Under the pieces are notes generated by a model, which worked only from the letters and a program-made list of their open reading frames with translations, was not told the DNA's origin and did no database searches. Below are positions 8,569-16,965 of a stretch of 64,000 bases of DNA, piece by piece. The number at the start of each line of letters is the position of its first letter. The stretch's first letter is position 1. Location of the stretch: IMG/VR virus record IMGVR_UViG_3300042515_001753, positions 124,001 through 188,000 of that record. The stretch is one strand, 5' to 3'. Both the position numbers and the translations under genes were made by a program.

Positions 8569-8697
8569 TTAGTAATCAATGTTAGAGTTTAGGTAGTCAT
8601 TTAGATTGAACTTTTCTTCATCAAGTTCACGAAGTTCGGGCAGGTCAAATATCTCACCGGGAGCATCTTGAATCTCGCTCCAGAGTTCTTCAAACAT
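8569..8697 (-). CDS. small acidic peptide (42 aa)
   Basis: Own translation MFEELWSEIQDAPGEIFDLPEL...; promoter cassette upstream. Confidence 0.55.
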   Translation of the reverse strand: MFEELWSEIQDAPGEIFDLPELRELDEEKFNLNDYLNSNIDY

Positions 8698-8811
8698 CGG
8701 GTTGGTGTCTCAGGTACGAATGTAATATAACAGGGTTTGTGGGGTCTCACAAGGGGGTCTGTGACACTCTACGAACTGGCATAGGAGACCTTGACAAAAC
8801 TAGGATTATAT

Positions 8812-8845
8812 AAAAAAAATGAGGAAGGTCACCACACCCTCCTCA
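8812..8845 (-). terminator. intrinsic terminator
   Basis: TGAGGAGGGT/ACCTTCCTCA hairpin followed by a T run. Confidence 0.65.
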
Positions 8846-8937
8846 CATACAACACCCATAACCCTATTAATATGATATCACCACAGGAGTAACTTTTGCT
8901 TATAGAGAGGCAAACTCATTCCTCTCTGTATTATACT

Positions 8938-9357
8938 CTAGAACGAAGAACTAAACACATAACCATTCACGAAGTCAAAGTCATATGATAGATTCTGCTG
9001 CCAAGTTGCCTCCCAATCAATTACCAAACCAGAAGGAACATCACCGAGGTCACTATAGAATTCTTCAGCGAAGTCAGCACCATCAGCATAACACCCACGA
9101 TAAGCATCTTCTACGTGCTCAACATACGAAACACTACCTTGATATTCAATAAAGGCATCAACTACATCATAACCAATATTCTCACCAACACGAACATACT
9201 CATCATAATATGCCACGAAGTCATCCTCATTGTGCTCATCAATAAACTTGAGAGCATCATCTAAATCATACTCACCTTCAACACAGTTCTCCTCAATGAA
9301 CTCAACAGTTTCCAGTTTCAGAACTTCTTTGTAGTTGGCAGTCATCGTGATAGTCAT
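8938..9357 (-). CDS. ArdA-like antirestriction (DNA mimic) protein
   Basis: Very acidic; C-terminal Y.G.Y....DFAEE...P..L.IDWEA.W...L..DF....GYVF resembles ArdA. Confidence 0.6.
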   Translation of the reverse strand: MTITMTANYKEVLKLETVEFIEENCVEGEYDLDDALKFIDEHNEDDFVAYYDEYVRVGENIGYDVVDAFIEYQGSVSYVEHVEDAYRGCYADGADFAEEFYSDLGDVPSGLVIDWEATWQQNLSYDFDFVNGYVFSSSF

Positions 9358-9427
9358 TTGGTGAATTGCTTGAGTACGAATGTAGAATAACAGGATTGAG
9401 GCAGGAAGTCTAGGGGTCTTGTGCCAC

Positions 9428-9619
9428 TTATGCCACTGGCACATCCTCCAACAGTTCTGGACTGTATTCTGTAACCTCTGTAATCAGTTCTTCATCAGTA
9501 TAATCGGTAAGATTTTCTACCATAGTATCATAAACAAAACGTTCCATAGTTTTGTAATCCATACTCTCAATCATTTGCTGGACGTAATCTTCAACGAGTT
9601 GGTCACGGTCGAATGTCAT
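9428..9619 (-). CDS. small acidic protein
   Basis: Paralog-like to 7826..8047 (DYTDEELITEVTEY vs DYTEEQIVNEITEIY). Confidence 0.6.
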   Translation of the reverse strand: MTFDRDQLVEDYVQQMIESMDYKTMERFVYDTMVENLTDYTDEELITEVTEYSPELLEDVPVA

Positions 9620-9691
9620 TTGGTGAATTGCTTGAGTACGAATGTAGAATAACAGGTTTTGGGGGATTAATCAACCCCCTTGTGACACTTC

Positions 9692-9904
9692 CTAGACTGT
9701 CACAAACATCGTCTTGTCAGGGTTGCGGTAGATGTTATCACCATACCACACTTCCAACTTCAAAGTGTTACCATAGAAGTTGCTCGGGATGCCATAACGA
9801 AGAAACCCTGAAGTTGTCTTGTAGTGACTAGTCAAACGCTGATTATTCATTCCACACTGATCATAACTGCCATCGGCATTCTGTCGGGTGTAGATAATCT
9901 TCAT
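9692..9904 (-). CDS. small hypothetical protein
   Basis: MKIIYTR start after the promoter cassette. Confidence 0.55.
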   Translation of the reverse strand: MKIIYTRQNADGSYDQCGMNNQRLTSHYKTTSGFLRYGIPSNFYGNTLKLEVWYGDNIYRNPDKTMFVTV

Positions 9905-9953
9905 TTGGATTTGTTTGGTATGAATGTAGAATAACAGGATTGAGGCAGGAAGT

Positions 9954-10139
9954 CTAGGGGTCTTGTGACAGTTCCTCAAGTGGCACAGTATCAATTCTCC
10001 TTGGTGTGTTGGGTGTATACTCTGGATGAGAATTCTCCCATTTGACTAGTTCATTAACCCAATCTTCCTGCCCTAATACATTAACCCAATCTTCCTGCCC
10101 TAATACATTCTTCCAGAAATTATCGTAGTTCATAATCAT
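9954..10139 (-). CDS. small protein with an internal 27-bp tandem duplication
   Basis: NVLGQEDWV twice. Confidence 0.45.
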   Translation of the reverse strand: MIMNYDNFWKNVLGQEDWVNVLGQEDWVNELVKWENSHPEYTPNTPRRIDTVPLEELSQDP

Positions 10140-10342
10140 ACCTCTGCCAGCAACAGTTTGTGAATACGGTCTGCTTCTTCTAGAACATCAGGGTCTAAAC
10201 GGTCCCATTCTACCCAATCATATGCAGACCCTGCAGTTTCATATGAACCATCAGATAGCAGCGGAGCATACATTAGGACCCGCTGATTGTTTGCATCCAG
10301 TTTGTAAGTGCAACCGTTGAGTTCGGAAATGACGAAAACCAT
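10136..10342 (-). CDS. small hypothetical protein
   Basis: MVFVISEL start after the cassette. Confidence 0.55.
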   Translation of the reverse strand: MVFVISELNGCTYKLDANNQRVLMYAPLLSDGSYETAGSAYDWVEWDRLDPDVLEEADRIHKLLLAEV

Positions 10343-10419
10343 TTGGTGTCTCAGGTATGAATGTAATATATCAGGGATTGTGGAGAACCGCAACCCCCCT
10401 TGTGCCAGTTCTCAGAGTG

Positions 10420-10611
10420 TCACATCACAACTCTGGAAGTATAAGGATTAGTCCTAACTTCCCAACGTTTCGCTGTAGGATACTGACGAAAGATAATCTC
10501 ATCAATCTTCTTCTCTATCCATTTGTTATACTTTTTATAATTGCCAATCTCTTGATTGAGTAGTAGAACATTATACTCTGAATCTTGGACTTGCAGATAC
10601 CAAGTTTGCAT
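10420..10611 (-). CDS. small hypothetical protein
   Basis: ORF with its own cassette. Confidence 0.55.
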   Translation of the reverse strand: MQTWYLQVQDSEYNVLLLNQEIGNYKKYNKWIEKKIDEIIFRQYPTAKRWEVRTNPYTSRVVM

Positions 10612-10699
10612 CGGTGAATTCCTCAGGTATGAATGTAGAATATCAGGGTTTAGGCAGGAAGTCTAGGGGTCTTGTGCCAGTTCGAGAATTGTCACATCA

Positions 10700-10940
10700 T
10701 TATATCCGGATACTAAAAAATCCTCCTATTCTTGATATCGTTTCAAGAACACGAGATAACTATATTCAGTTCGGTAATCTTCGTTTGTTCGCTATATTCG
10801 GCGCCGTGGGAAACCTATAGTTAAACCCTGTCCGCCTAGATGATATTTAAGGGATACTTAGTTTCTTATATTCTGTCAGATTGACTCTGTATCCCGCAGG
10901 AGAGTTCAAGTGCTGCTCTATGATATAAGAACTCAAGTGA
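10700..10940 (-). ncRNA. candidate structured late ncRNA with a pseudoknot
   Basis: No credible ORF; TATAAATA at 10944-10951; several inverted repeats; loop GGGATAC can pair with GTATCCC. Confidence 0.4.
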
Positions 10941-10981
10941 TTTTATTTATATAAGTTTGTGCCAATTAATGAAGTGGCACA

Positions 10982-11134
10982 TTACACCCACGGTTCGAGT
11001 TCCTTTATGCTAGCATAGACATCTTCGTCACCTTCGAGGTCTAGAAGGTCCTTCCAGTCGGTTGTTTCTATATCTAGGTCATCATAGCACATAATGTCTA
11101 ATGTAACCCGTACAAGGCGCTTCTGGGCAATCAT
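10982..11134 (-). CDS. small acidic protein (50 aa)
   Basis: Own translation MIAQKRLVRVTLDIMCYDDLD... Confidence 0.55.
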   Translation of the reverse strand: MIAQKRLVRVTLDIMCYDDLDIETTDWKDLLDLEGDEDVYASIKELEPWV

Positions 11135-11165
11135 AGGAGTCTCGTTGTGTGTGTACTAGATTATA

Positions 11166-11306
11166 TCATGCATAGTGACGATATGCAAGTGATTCGTAAT
11201 CATGTGCATCTCGCGCATAATCCTCGTCGAGATCTAGTGTATACCCGTCGAGATCATATGATGCATCGATGGTGTATGTATAGTCGAGATCGTAGTCGTC
11301 GTACAT
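11166..11306 (-). CDS. Asp/Tyr-rich peptide (46 aa)
   Basis: Own translation MYDDYDLDYTYTIDASYDLDGYTLDLDEDYARDAHDYESLAYRHYA. Confidence 0.45.
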   Translation of the reverse strand: MYDDYDLDYTYTIDASYDLDGYTLDLDEDYARDAHDYESLAYRHYA

Positions 11307-11433
11307 AGCTCTTCGAGATGTGTATGTGTACTAGATGATTGTAGCACATATCTCGACGAGCTGCAAGTGTGTTCTCGACGAGATTGTTGTATGTATATAT
11401 GCGTTCTCGACTAGATTTTGTGTGCTTATGAGT

Positions 11434-11462
11434 ATTCTAGACTAGATTATGAGATTTGTCAA
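11434..11462 (-). promoter_or_regulatory. sigma70 promoter (leftward)
   Basis: TTGACA-N17-TAGAAT. Confidence 0.75.
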
Positions 11463-11514
11463 GGTCTCGTCGAGAATTTGTGTGGGTCTCAGAGTATTTT
11501 GGCGGGGGTGGGGC

Positions 11515-11543
11515 TTGACAAACTGCGATTCTTATGCTATACA
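11515..11543 (+). promoter_or_regulatory. sigma70 promoter (rightward)
   Basis: TTGACA-N17-TATACA with extended TG. Confidence 0.6.
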
Positions 11544-11556
11544 GGTAAAGGTTGCA

Positions 11557-11810
11557 ATAAGAACACACATTTATAAGCATTTAACTCATAAGAACACACA
11601 TTTATAAGTATTTTATCAGCATTTATAAGTATTTTATAAGTATTCTAACACATTTTCCCCAGAATACACCAGTTTTCCACAGGTTTTTCCACAACACTAT
11701 CAGTAATATAAGCAAATCATAACAAAAGAGTACCCTCACAATACTATAGTCGTTCTTTGCAATACTATAATAACATACATACAATACTATAATCGTTCTT
11801 TGCAATACAC
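11557..11810. repeat. AT-rich direct repeats and DnaA-box-like 9-mers
   Basis: ATAAGAACACACATTTATAAG x2, further (A)TTTATAAG copies, AATACTATARTCGTTCTTTGCAATAC x2; TTTTCCACA at 11673 and 11685, TTTTCCCCA at 11653. Confidence 0.7.
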
Positions 11811-11815
11811 CACAT

Positions 11816-12547
11816 ATGGCACAGGGTATAGTATACGTCATCATCAACAAAGAAACGGGGCACAAGTACCTGAATGCAACCACACTGTCGATGAATAAAG
11901 AATGGCAGAATCACATTCAGGCATCAAACAGAATGTCCACTCAACTTATACACAGAGCATTCCGTCAATATGGACTACACAAGTTCATGATTAAACAGAT
12001 TGATGAATGTGATGAGAAAATACTGGAAGATAAGGTAACTTATTGGTTTGAACAATATAAACCAGAATATAATGATCCTCTACCCAAAAAGAAACCAGAA
12101 CCTATTATTATTGAAGAACCTGTTGTTGTAATAAAAGAAAAGAAATCAACCTGGAGACAAATTAAACCAGAAGAAAGATCAACCGGTAAATGTTTAAGTA
12201 TCAGAGTTCAGGGTACACATATTGAAACAGGTGAAGTTAAGGAATGGGAGAATGCCAGAGCTGCTGCATTAGAAATTACGGGAGATAAAAAAAGAAACAG
12301 TAACGTATTAAATGCCGCAAAGAAAGGTAATACCTACTATGGATACAGATGGAAAGTATTAGACACAAAAACTCATAAACGATCAGTCAAAGGAGTACAT
12401 AAAGTGACTCACGTTGAAGTTCATTATGAAAGCATTAGTGAGGCAATACGACAGATAGGTGATGGTAGTAATGGAAGTGGTTTGTTAAAGAGTCTACGCA
12501 ATCCCAACAAATATACCTACAAAGGTTTCTTATGGTTTTATGAATAA
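11816..12547 (+). CDS. degenerate GIY-YIG homing endonuclease-like protein with two NUMOD1-like HTH domains
   Basis: GIVYVIINKETGHKYLNAT (YIG degenerate); YESISEAIRQ...YKGFLW. Confidence 0.65.
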   Translation: MAQGIVYVIINKETGHKYLNATTLSMNKEWQNHIQASNRMSTQLIHRAFRQYGLHKFMIKQIDECDEKILEDKVTYWFEQYKPEYNDPLPKKKPEPIIIEEPVVVIKEKKSTWRQIKPEERSTGKCLSIRVQGTHIETGEVKEWENARAAALEITGDKKRNSNVLNAAKKGNTYYGYRWKVLDTKTHKRSVKGVHKVTHVEVHYESISEAIRQIGDGSNGSGLLKSLRNPNKYTYKGFLWFYE

Positions 12548-12549
12548 TA

Positions 12550-13840
12550 TTACTCCGATCCACCATAAAGTCGTTGCCCCTCATTATACCCTATTTCGAA
12601 TGCAGTTCGCAACCACCTTTTAATATTTCTTGTATCACCACTTTCTTTGGCATAATCAAAGTCATCCCAGAATCGTTCTGAACGAAAGGAATAACCCTCC
12701 ATCTCATCAAACCATTCATCAAAGAGTTTTTTAATCTCAATACGACGATTGTTTTGTTGCTCTAAGTATTCAAGTTTATCTGGTGCAGGTTCTTCACCTA
12801 ACCAATCCTCTAATGTGCCAGAATCAATTGTGTCAGTCATCTCTTTTAATGATTTTAAATATTGTTGGAATTACTTCACTTTTTGGTTTATTAAGTTCAG
12901 TAAATCCAGGTCCCCTAACATCTAAGTGCTTACAATATACACTAGTAAATATTTTAGATGTTGCCCAAGGAACACCATTTCCACTACTCATAGAATGATT
13001 AGTGTGTTTCTTTCTTTTCTGTTGATGTTTCATTTGTTACAATCCAAGAAATAAGTGTATCGTGCAGAATTATCAGGAGTATATCGTACCACATCACATC
13101 CTTTATAAGTATCCACCACCTCAAACTTTTGGTCTGGTTCTACTGGTTTTACATCCTCTCCCGGATTTATCAACACTAATAGAGAAAGGAATCCCATACC
13201 AACTATAACACCAAGTAGCACTGCTCTGTAATAATCTTGTCGGTTCATTCTTCTACCTCCCAAGGGGATTTGCGATTCATAAGTTTTCTCAAAGACTCTA
13301 TTTGTTCTGGGTCTGGATTGTTTATTTTTTCAACCAGTGTATCATATGCTTCTTGAGATACATACATCGTCTCTGGTTTGACACCCTTACCCCATAACTT
13401 CTCAAACCATTTTTTACTCATTACATAAGAATAATAAGGGTCTCTGCCTGATAGATTATAAGGGTCAAAATTTGGTTGAGACATTATGTATTCATCCTGC
13501 ATTTGATAATAACCTATATTCAACTCTTCCCAGAAGGCACAACGGTCTATGCGGTCATTATAATCAAGACGAAAGTGAATACAATTACCCCAGGACCACC
13601 AAGCATCTTCAAACCAAGTCTTCATTTTCCTTCAAGAATATCAAGTTGTTCAGCAGCATAAGAACCAAAGTCAATCTCACCTAACTCTGTATCACCACAA
13701 TACTCGGGCACATTCTCTATCATAAATTCATCAAGATAAAGAAACACACGAATTGCTCTGCGTTTATCGTGTTCGCAAATTTGTGAATGAGGTTCCGCAA
13801 TAGTGTTCGTAACCATCTCAAAGAATTCTTCCAAAGTCAT
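12550..13840 (-). other. five coupled small hypothetical ORFs (12550-12840, 12833-13033, 13030-13263, 13245-13625, 13622-13840)
   Basis: Overlapping start/stop chain downstream of the cassette near 13860-13920. Confidence 0.55.
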
Positions 13841-13921
13841 CAGGTTTCTGTGTGTATGAATGTATTATAGCATAAAAAAAGGACCCCGTGAAGAGTCTGG
13901 TGGACAGTTTGAGAAGTGGTT

Positions 13922-15094
13922 TTAGATACCAAACCTTCCTCTGGTTGCATTATAGTTCTGTTGGACTTCTTGTGCTGTGAGTGCTCTGTTGTGAATATTT
14001 CCAGAATATACTCTCCCATTAAAGTAATAAGCTCCGTAACCACCATCCCATCTACCCAAACAAATTGGATAGTTTGTTGATTTTGGTGTTGCTGAAAGTA
14101 TATAAGAAGAATCTAACTGACCATTTATATACCAATAAATTTTATTCTCCGATGAGTTATAAACTAAAACTGCGTTAAAAATAACATCATTGGTAATAAT
14201 AAAATTTGTCACTTTAGCATCATATTCTCTTGTTCCATTTGTATACCCAATTGAAGGTGCAAGTTTGTTTGCACCTACGTGATTAATTCCAAAATTTGCT
14301 GTTGAAGCATAATTGTGTTGTGTTAAAATTCCCGCAGGAGCATTTGGTCCTCCAGTAACCATTGCCCATACTGAAAAAGTTTGACTTCCAGATATTGTAG
14401 TATTTGCAGTTGTTACAAAATCATTAGTTCCATCAAAACTCAAAGAACCACCATTTGCACTACTATAAGTCGGTCCATTCGTCAGTGTTCCTGTATTCCC
14501 ATTACCAATCAAATCTCTCCAAGTGGTTCCATTTGTATTTGATATGGAATTAAATGAAGATGCAGAACTTGCTTTTTCTAACTGAAATCCATCAACCCAT
14601 AGTGTCACACCATTAACATAACAATCTATTCTAACTTGTACTCCAGCAGTAGTTGCTTGTGTCATAGTATAACTACCAGAAATACGAGTCCATTCTGTAG
14701 TTACACTATAATAAGGTTGTCCATATGCAATATAATTTCCACTTGAGTTGGACTCAAATATTAGCATAGATGCTGAAAATGATGAACTTCCTTTTACCCA
14801 AAAACTAAATGTCCAAGTTTGTCCTTGTGCAGCAGGAGATAAAGTAAATGGGAGTGAATTATATGTATTAGTATATGCAGCAGTTCCTGATGTTATTAGT
14901 TTTAAGGGAGAATTTCCAACTGGACTTGAAGTTGAAGTATCTCTGGATACTGTCATTTGATGCCCACTGGTTCCCCAAGAATATCCATCTAGTGGATAAG
15001 GAAAAACATTTTGACTATAACTTTTTGTATTTGCACCATCAAGTGCTAATACTAAACCACTCTCACTTACATCAGGACCCGCAGCACAAGCCAC
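13922..15094 (-). CDS. LamG/ConA-like lectin protein with an inserted carbohydrate-binding module
   Basis: GLVLALDGAN.KSY, TFSFWVK...EWTRIS...DGFQLE, FDGTND, NRALTAQEVQQNYNA. Confidence 0.75.
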   Translation of the reverse strand: MACAAGPDVSESGLVLALDGANTKSYSQNVFPYPLDGYSWGTSGHQMTVSRDTSTSSPVGNSPLKLITSGTAAYTNTYNSLPFTLSPAAQGQTWTFSFWVKGSSSFSASMLIFESNSSGNYIAYGQPYYSVTTEWTRISGSYTMTQATTAGVQVRIDCYVNGVTLWVDGFQLEKASSASSFNSISNTNGTTWRDLIGNGNTGTLTNGPTYSSANGGSLSFDGTNDFVTTANTTISGSQTFSVWAMVTGGPNAPAGILTQHNYASTANFGINHVGANKLAPSIGYTNGTREYDAKVTNFIITNDVIFNAVLVYNSSENKIYWYINGQLDSSYILSATPKSTNYPICLGRWDGGYGAYYFNGRVYSGNIHNRALTAQEVQQNYNATRGRFGI

Positions 15095-15095
15095 C

Positions 15096-15425
15096 TTACA
15101 TACCCTCCATAATACTCACCCATTCCTCACCACTCAATATCTCTAAAATCTCTGTGTAACTATAAATCCCTTCAAGTGTTGTGAGTTCACTAATAAAACT
15201 TGGTGGTTGTGGTTCTTGTGGTATGATTGTTTCTATTTCGTTTGTCTCTGCGTTTGTGATTTCATAAGGTGTTGGGTCATAAGGTCCTTGGTCCCACTTT
15301 ACGAAAGTTTTAGTACCATCTGTGCTGATGCGAAGTGTTTCTGCGGAAGTTTCGCATACTTGAGAGAAATCAATCTTATCAATTTCTGTTGTTGAGAAGA
15401 TTGCAAAGTTTCTTGATTCGTACAT
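15096..15425 (-). CDS. small protein accompanying the LamG genes
   Basis: IDFSQVCETSAETLRIS.DGTKTFVKW. Confidence 0.6.
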   Translation of the reverse strand: MYESRNFAIFSTTEIDKIDFSQVCETSAETLRISTDGTKTFVKWDQGPYDPTPYEITNAETNEIETIIPQEPQPPSFISELTTLEGIYSYTEILEILSGEEWVSIMEGM

Positions 15426-15440
15426 AGTTTTTTTAGATAT

Positions 15441-16202
15441 TTAGATTCCATAACGTGATCGAATAGCACTAAAGTTTTGTCGGACTTCTGCTGCTGTGAG
15501 TGCTCTGTTGTATGCGGACATTGTTGATATTTGTCCAGCAAAAATATCACAACATCCACGATATCCAATTCCAGGTTCATATGTGGGTATGGCAACGTTT
15601 CCGCCAGCACCAGCGGCAATAGCCACACTTCCAGAAACAATACCATCAACATAACCATATATTGTATAACTTCCAAGTTGTGCTGCTCTATCAAAAACTG
15701 CAGTCATCATATGCCAGTTTCCATTATTTAAAGTTGAACCACCCAAACCACCTTCTTGATATCCAAAACCACCAACACCACCAATTAAATAATATACCCC
15801 ACCAGTATCGGTCATACCAAACCTCCACCCATCAGAACTTGAAGTATTACTAAAAATAGTTTCTCTATCCCCTGCTGCTTTTACTGATATGTTTCTTCTA
15901 ACAAATGTATTTAAAGTAAAAGAACCAGTCGTTGGAACAATAACGCTAGACATAGTAAAACCATTACCATCACTAGCAGTAGCATAAGATGTAGGAGTAT
16001 TCATACTAAAATCAAAAAAACCAGAAGAATTATAGGTTACTTGACCTCCATACCCACCAATATTTGTTCTTGTTGCATTATTGCCTCTACCACTCAAATC
16101 AGTCCAAATTTCTCCAGTTCCAGGATAAGACCTAGGGTTCCCAGCATCTAAAGCAAGTACCAATCCCGATGAAACTATGGAAGGATTATAAGATATTCCC
16201 AT
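15441..16202 (-). CDS. LamG/ConA-like lectin protein
   Basis: Same N- and C-terminal motifs; WH.MTAVFD; ATAAATA upstream. Confidence 0.75.
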   Translation of the reverse strand: MGISYNPSIVSSGLVLALDAGNPRSYPGTGEIWTDLSGRGNNATRTNIGGYGGQVTYNSSGFFDFSMNTPTSYATASDGNGFTMSSVIVPTTGSFTLNTFVRRNISVKAAGDRETIFSNTSSSDGWRFGMTDTGGVYYLIGGVGGFGYQEGGLGGSTLNNGNWHMMTAVFDRAAQLGSYTIYGYVDGIVSGSVAIAAGAGGNVAIPTYEPGIGYRGCCDIFAGQISTMSAYNRALTAAEVRQNFSAIRSRYGI

Positions 16203-16236
16203 TCTCTCTCAATACCTCTTCGTTTTTATATTTATG

Positions 16237-16941
16237 TTATACTGAGAACCTGCCTCTAAGGGCATTATAGTTTTGTTGGATTTCTGTTGCGGAGAGTGCT
16301 CTATTATAATAAGAAACATTTGAAATATTTCCATTCCAAAGCTCAGATACTATTGCTTGATTTCCACCAATTCTAAAGTCAACGCTTAAATCTGGTGAAG
16401 AAGATAAAGAACTATAAGAAAAAGTTTGAGAAGAATTATTTAAATATATGGTTACTGATGGAGATGCTATTGACCCAGATACAGTAACTGCATAAAAATT
16501 CCAAACATTGGCAGACGGGGTTAAAGTACCATTAAATTGAAATCCGCCCCCAGAATTTGATGCAAAATATCTTAAATTTCCAGTATCAACTCTTAAAAGA
16601 CTGTACAATTGACCAACTGAAACAGCTTTATAAACTCCCCACAATGTGCTAGATGAAGAAAAAGAATTTGCTTTTGCCCACATAGATATTGTAATCGGAA
16701 CTTGAACTCCATTTAATAAACTTGGTGTTCCCAAAGTTACATAATCATTACTGCCATCAAACACAATAGACCCTAAATTACTACTATTATACCCAACACC
16801 ATTCACAAGAGTTCCATTATTCCCACGACCACTCAAATCAGTCCAAGCAGTTCCAGAACCAGGATAAGACTTTGAGTTCGCAGCATCTAAACAAAGGACA
16901 AGACCATTTGTAATTATGGAGGGACTGTGAGCAAGCGACAT
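16237..16941 (-). CDS. LamG/ConA-like lectin protein
   Basis: Same N- and C-terminal motifs; ATAAATA near 16963-16969. Confidence 0.75.
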   Translation of the reverse strand: MSLAHSPSIITNGLVLCLDAANSKSYPGSGTAWTDLSGRGNNGTLVNGVGYNSSNLGSIVFDGSNDYVTLGTPSLLNGVQVPITISMWAKANSFSSSSTLWGVYKAVSVGQLYSLLRVDTGNLRYFASNSGGGFQFNGTLTPSANVWNFYAVTVSGSIASPSVTIYLNNSSQTFSYSSLSSSPDLSVDFRIGGNQAIVSELWNGNISNVSYYNRALSATEIQQNYNALRGRFSV

Positions 16942-16965
16942 TTTATAAGTTCTCTGTGTTCTTAT

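Noticed and set aside
8885-8930. preQ1-I riboswitch
   Set aside because: Similar topology, but the loop lacks the UUC ligand-binding residues and no queuosine gene follows.
10860-10925. glmS ribozyme (AGCACTTGAACT resembles AGCGCCAGAACT)
   Set aside because: The GACGAGG and downstream core elements are missing.
13922-16941. Diversity-generating retroelement acting on the LamG genes
   Set aside because: No reverse transcriptase and no adenine-specific TR/VR pair seen.
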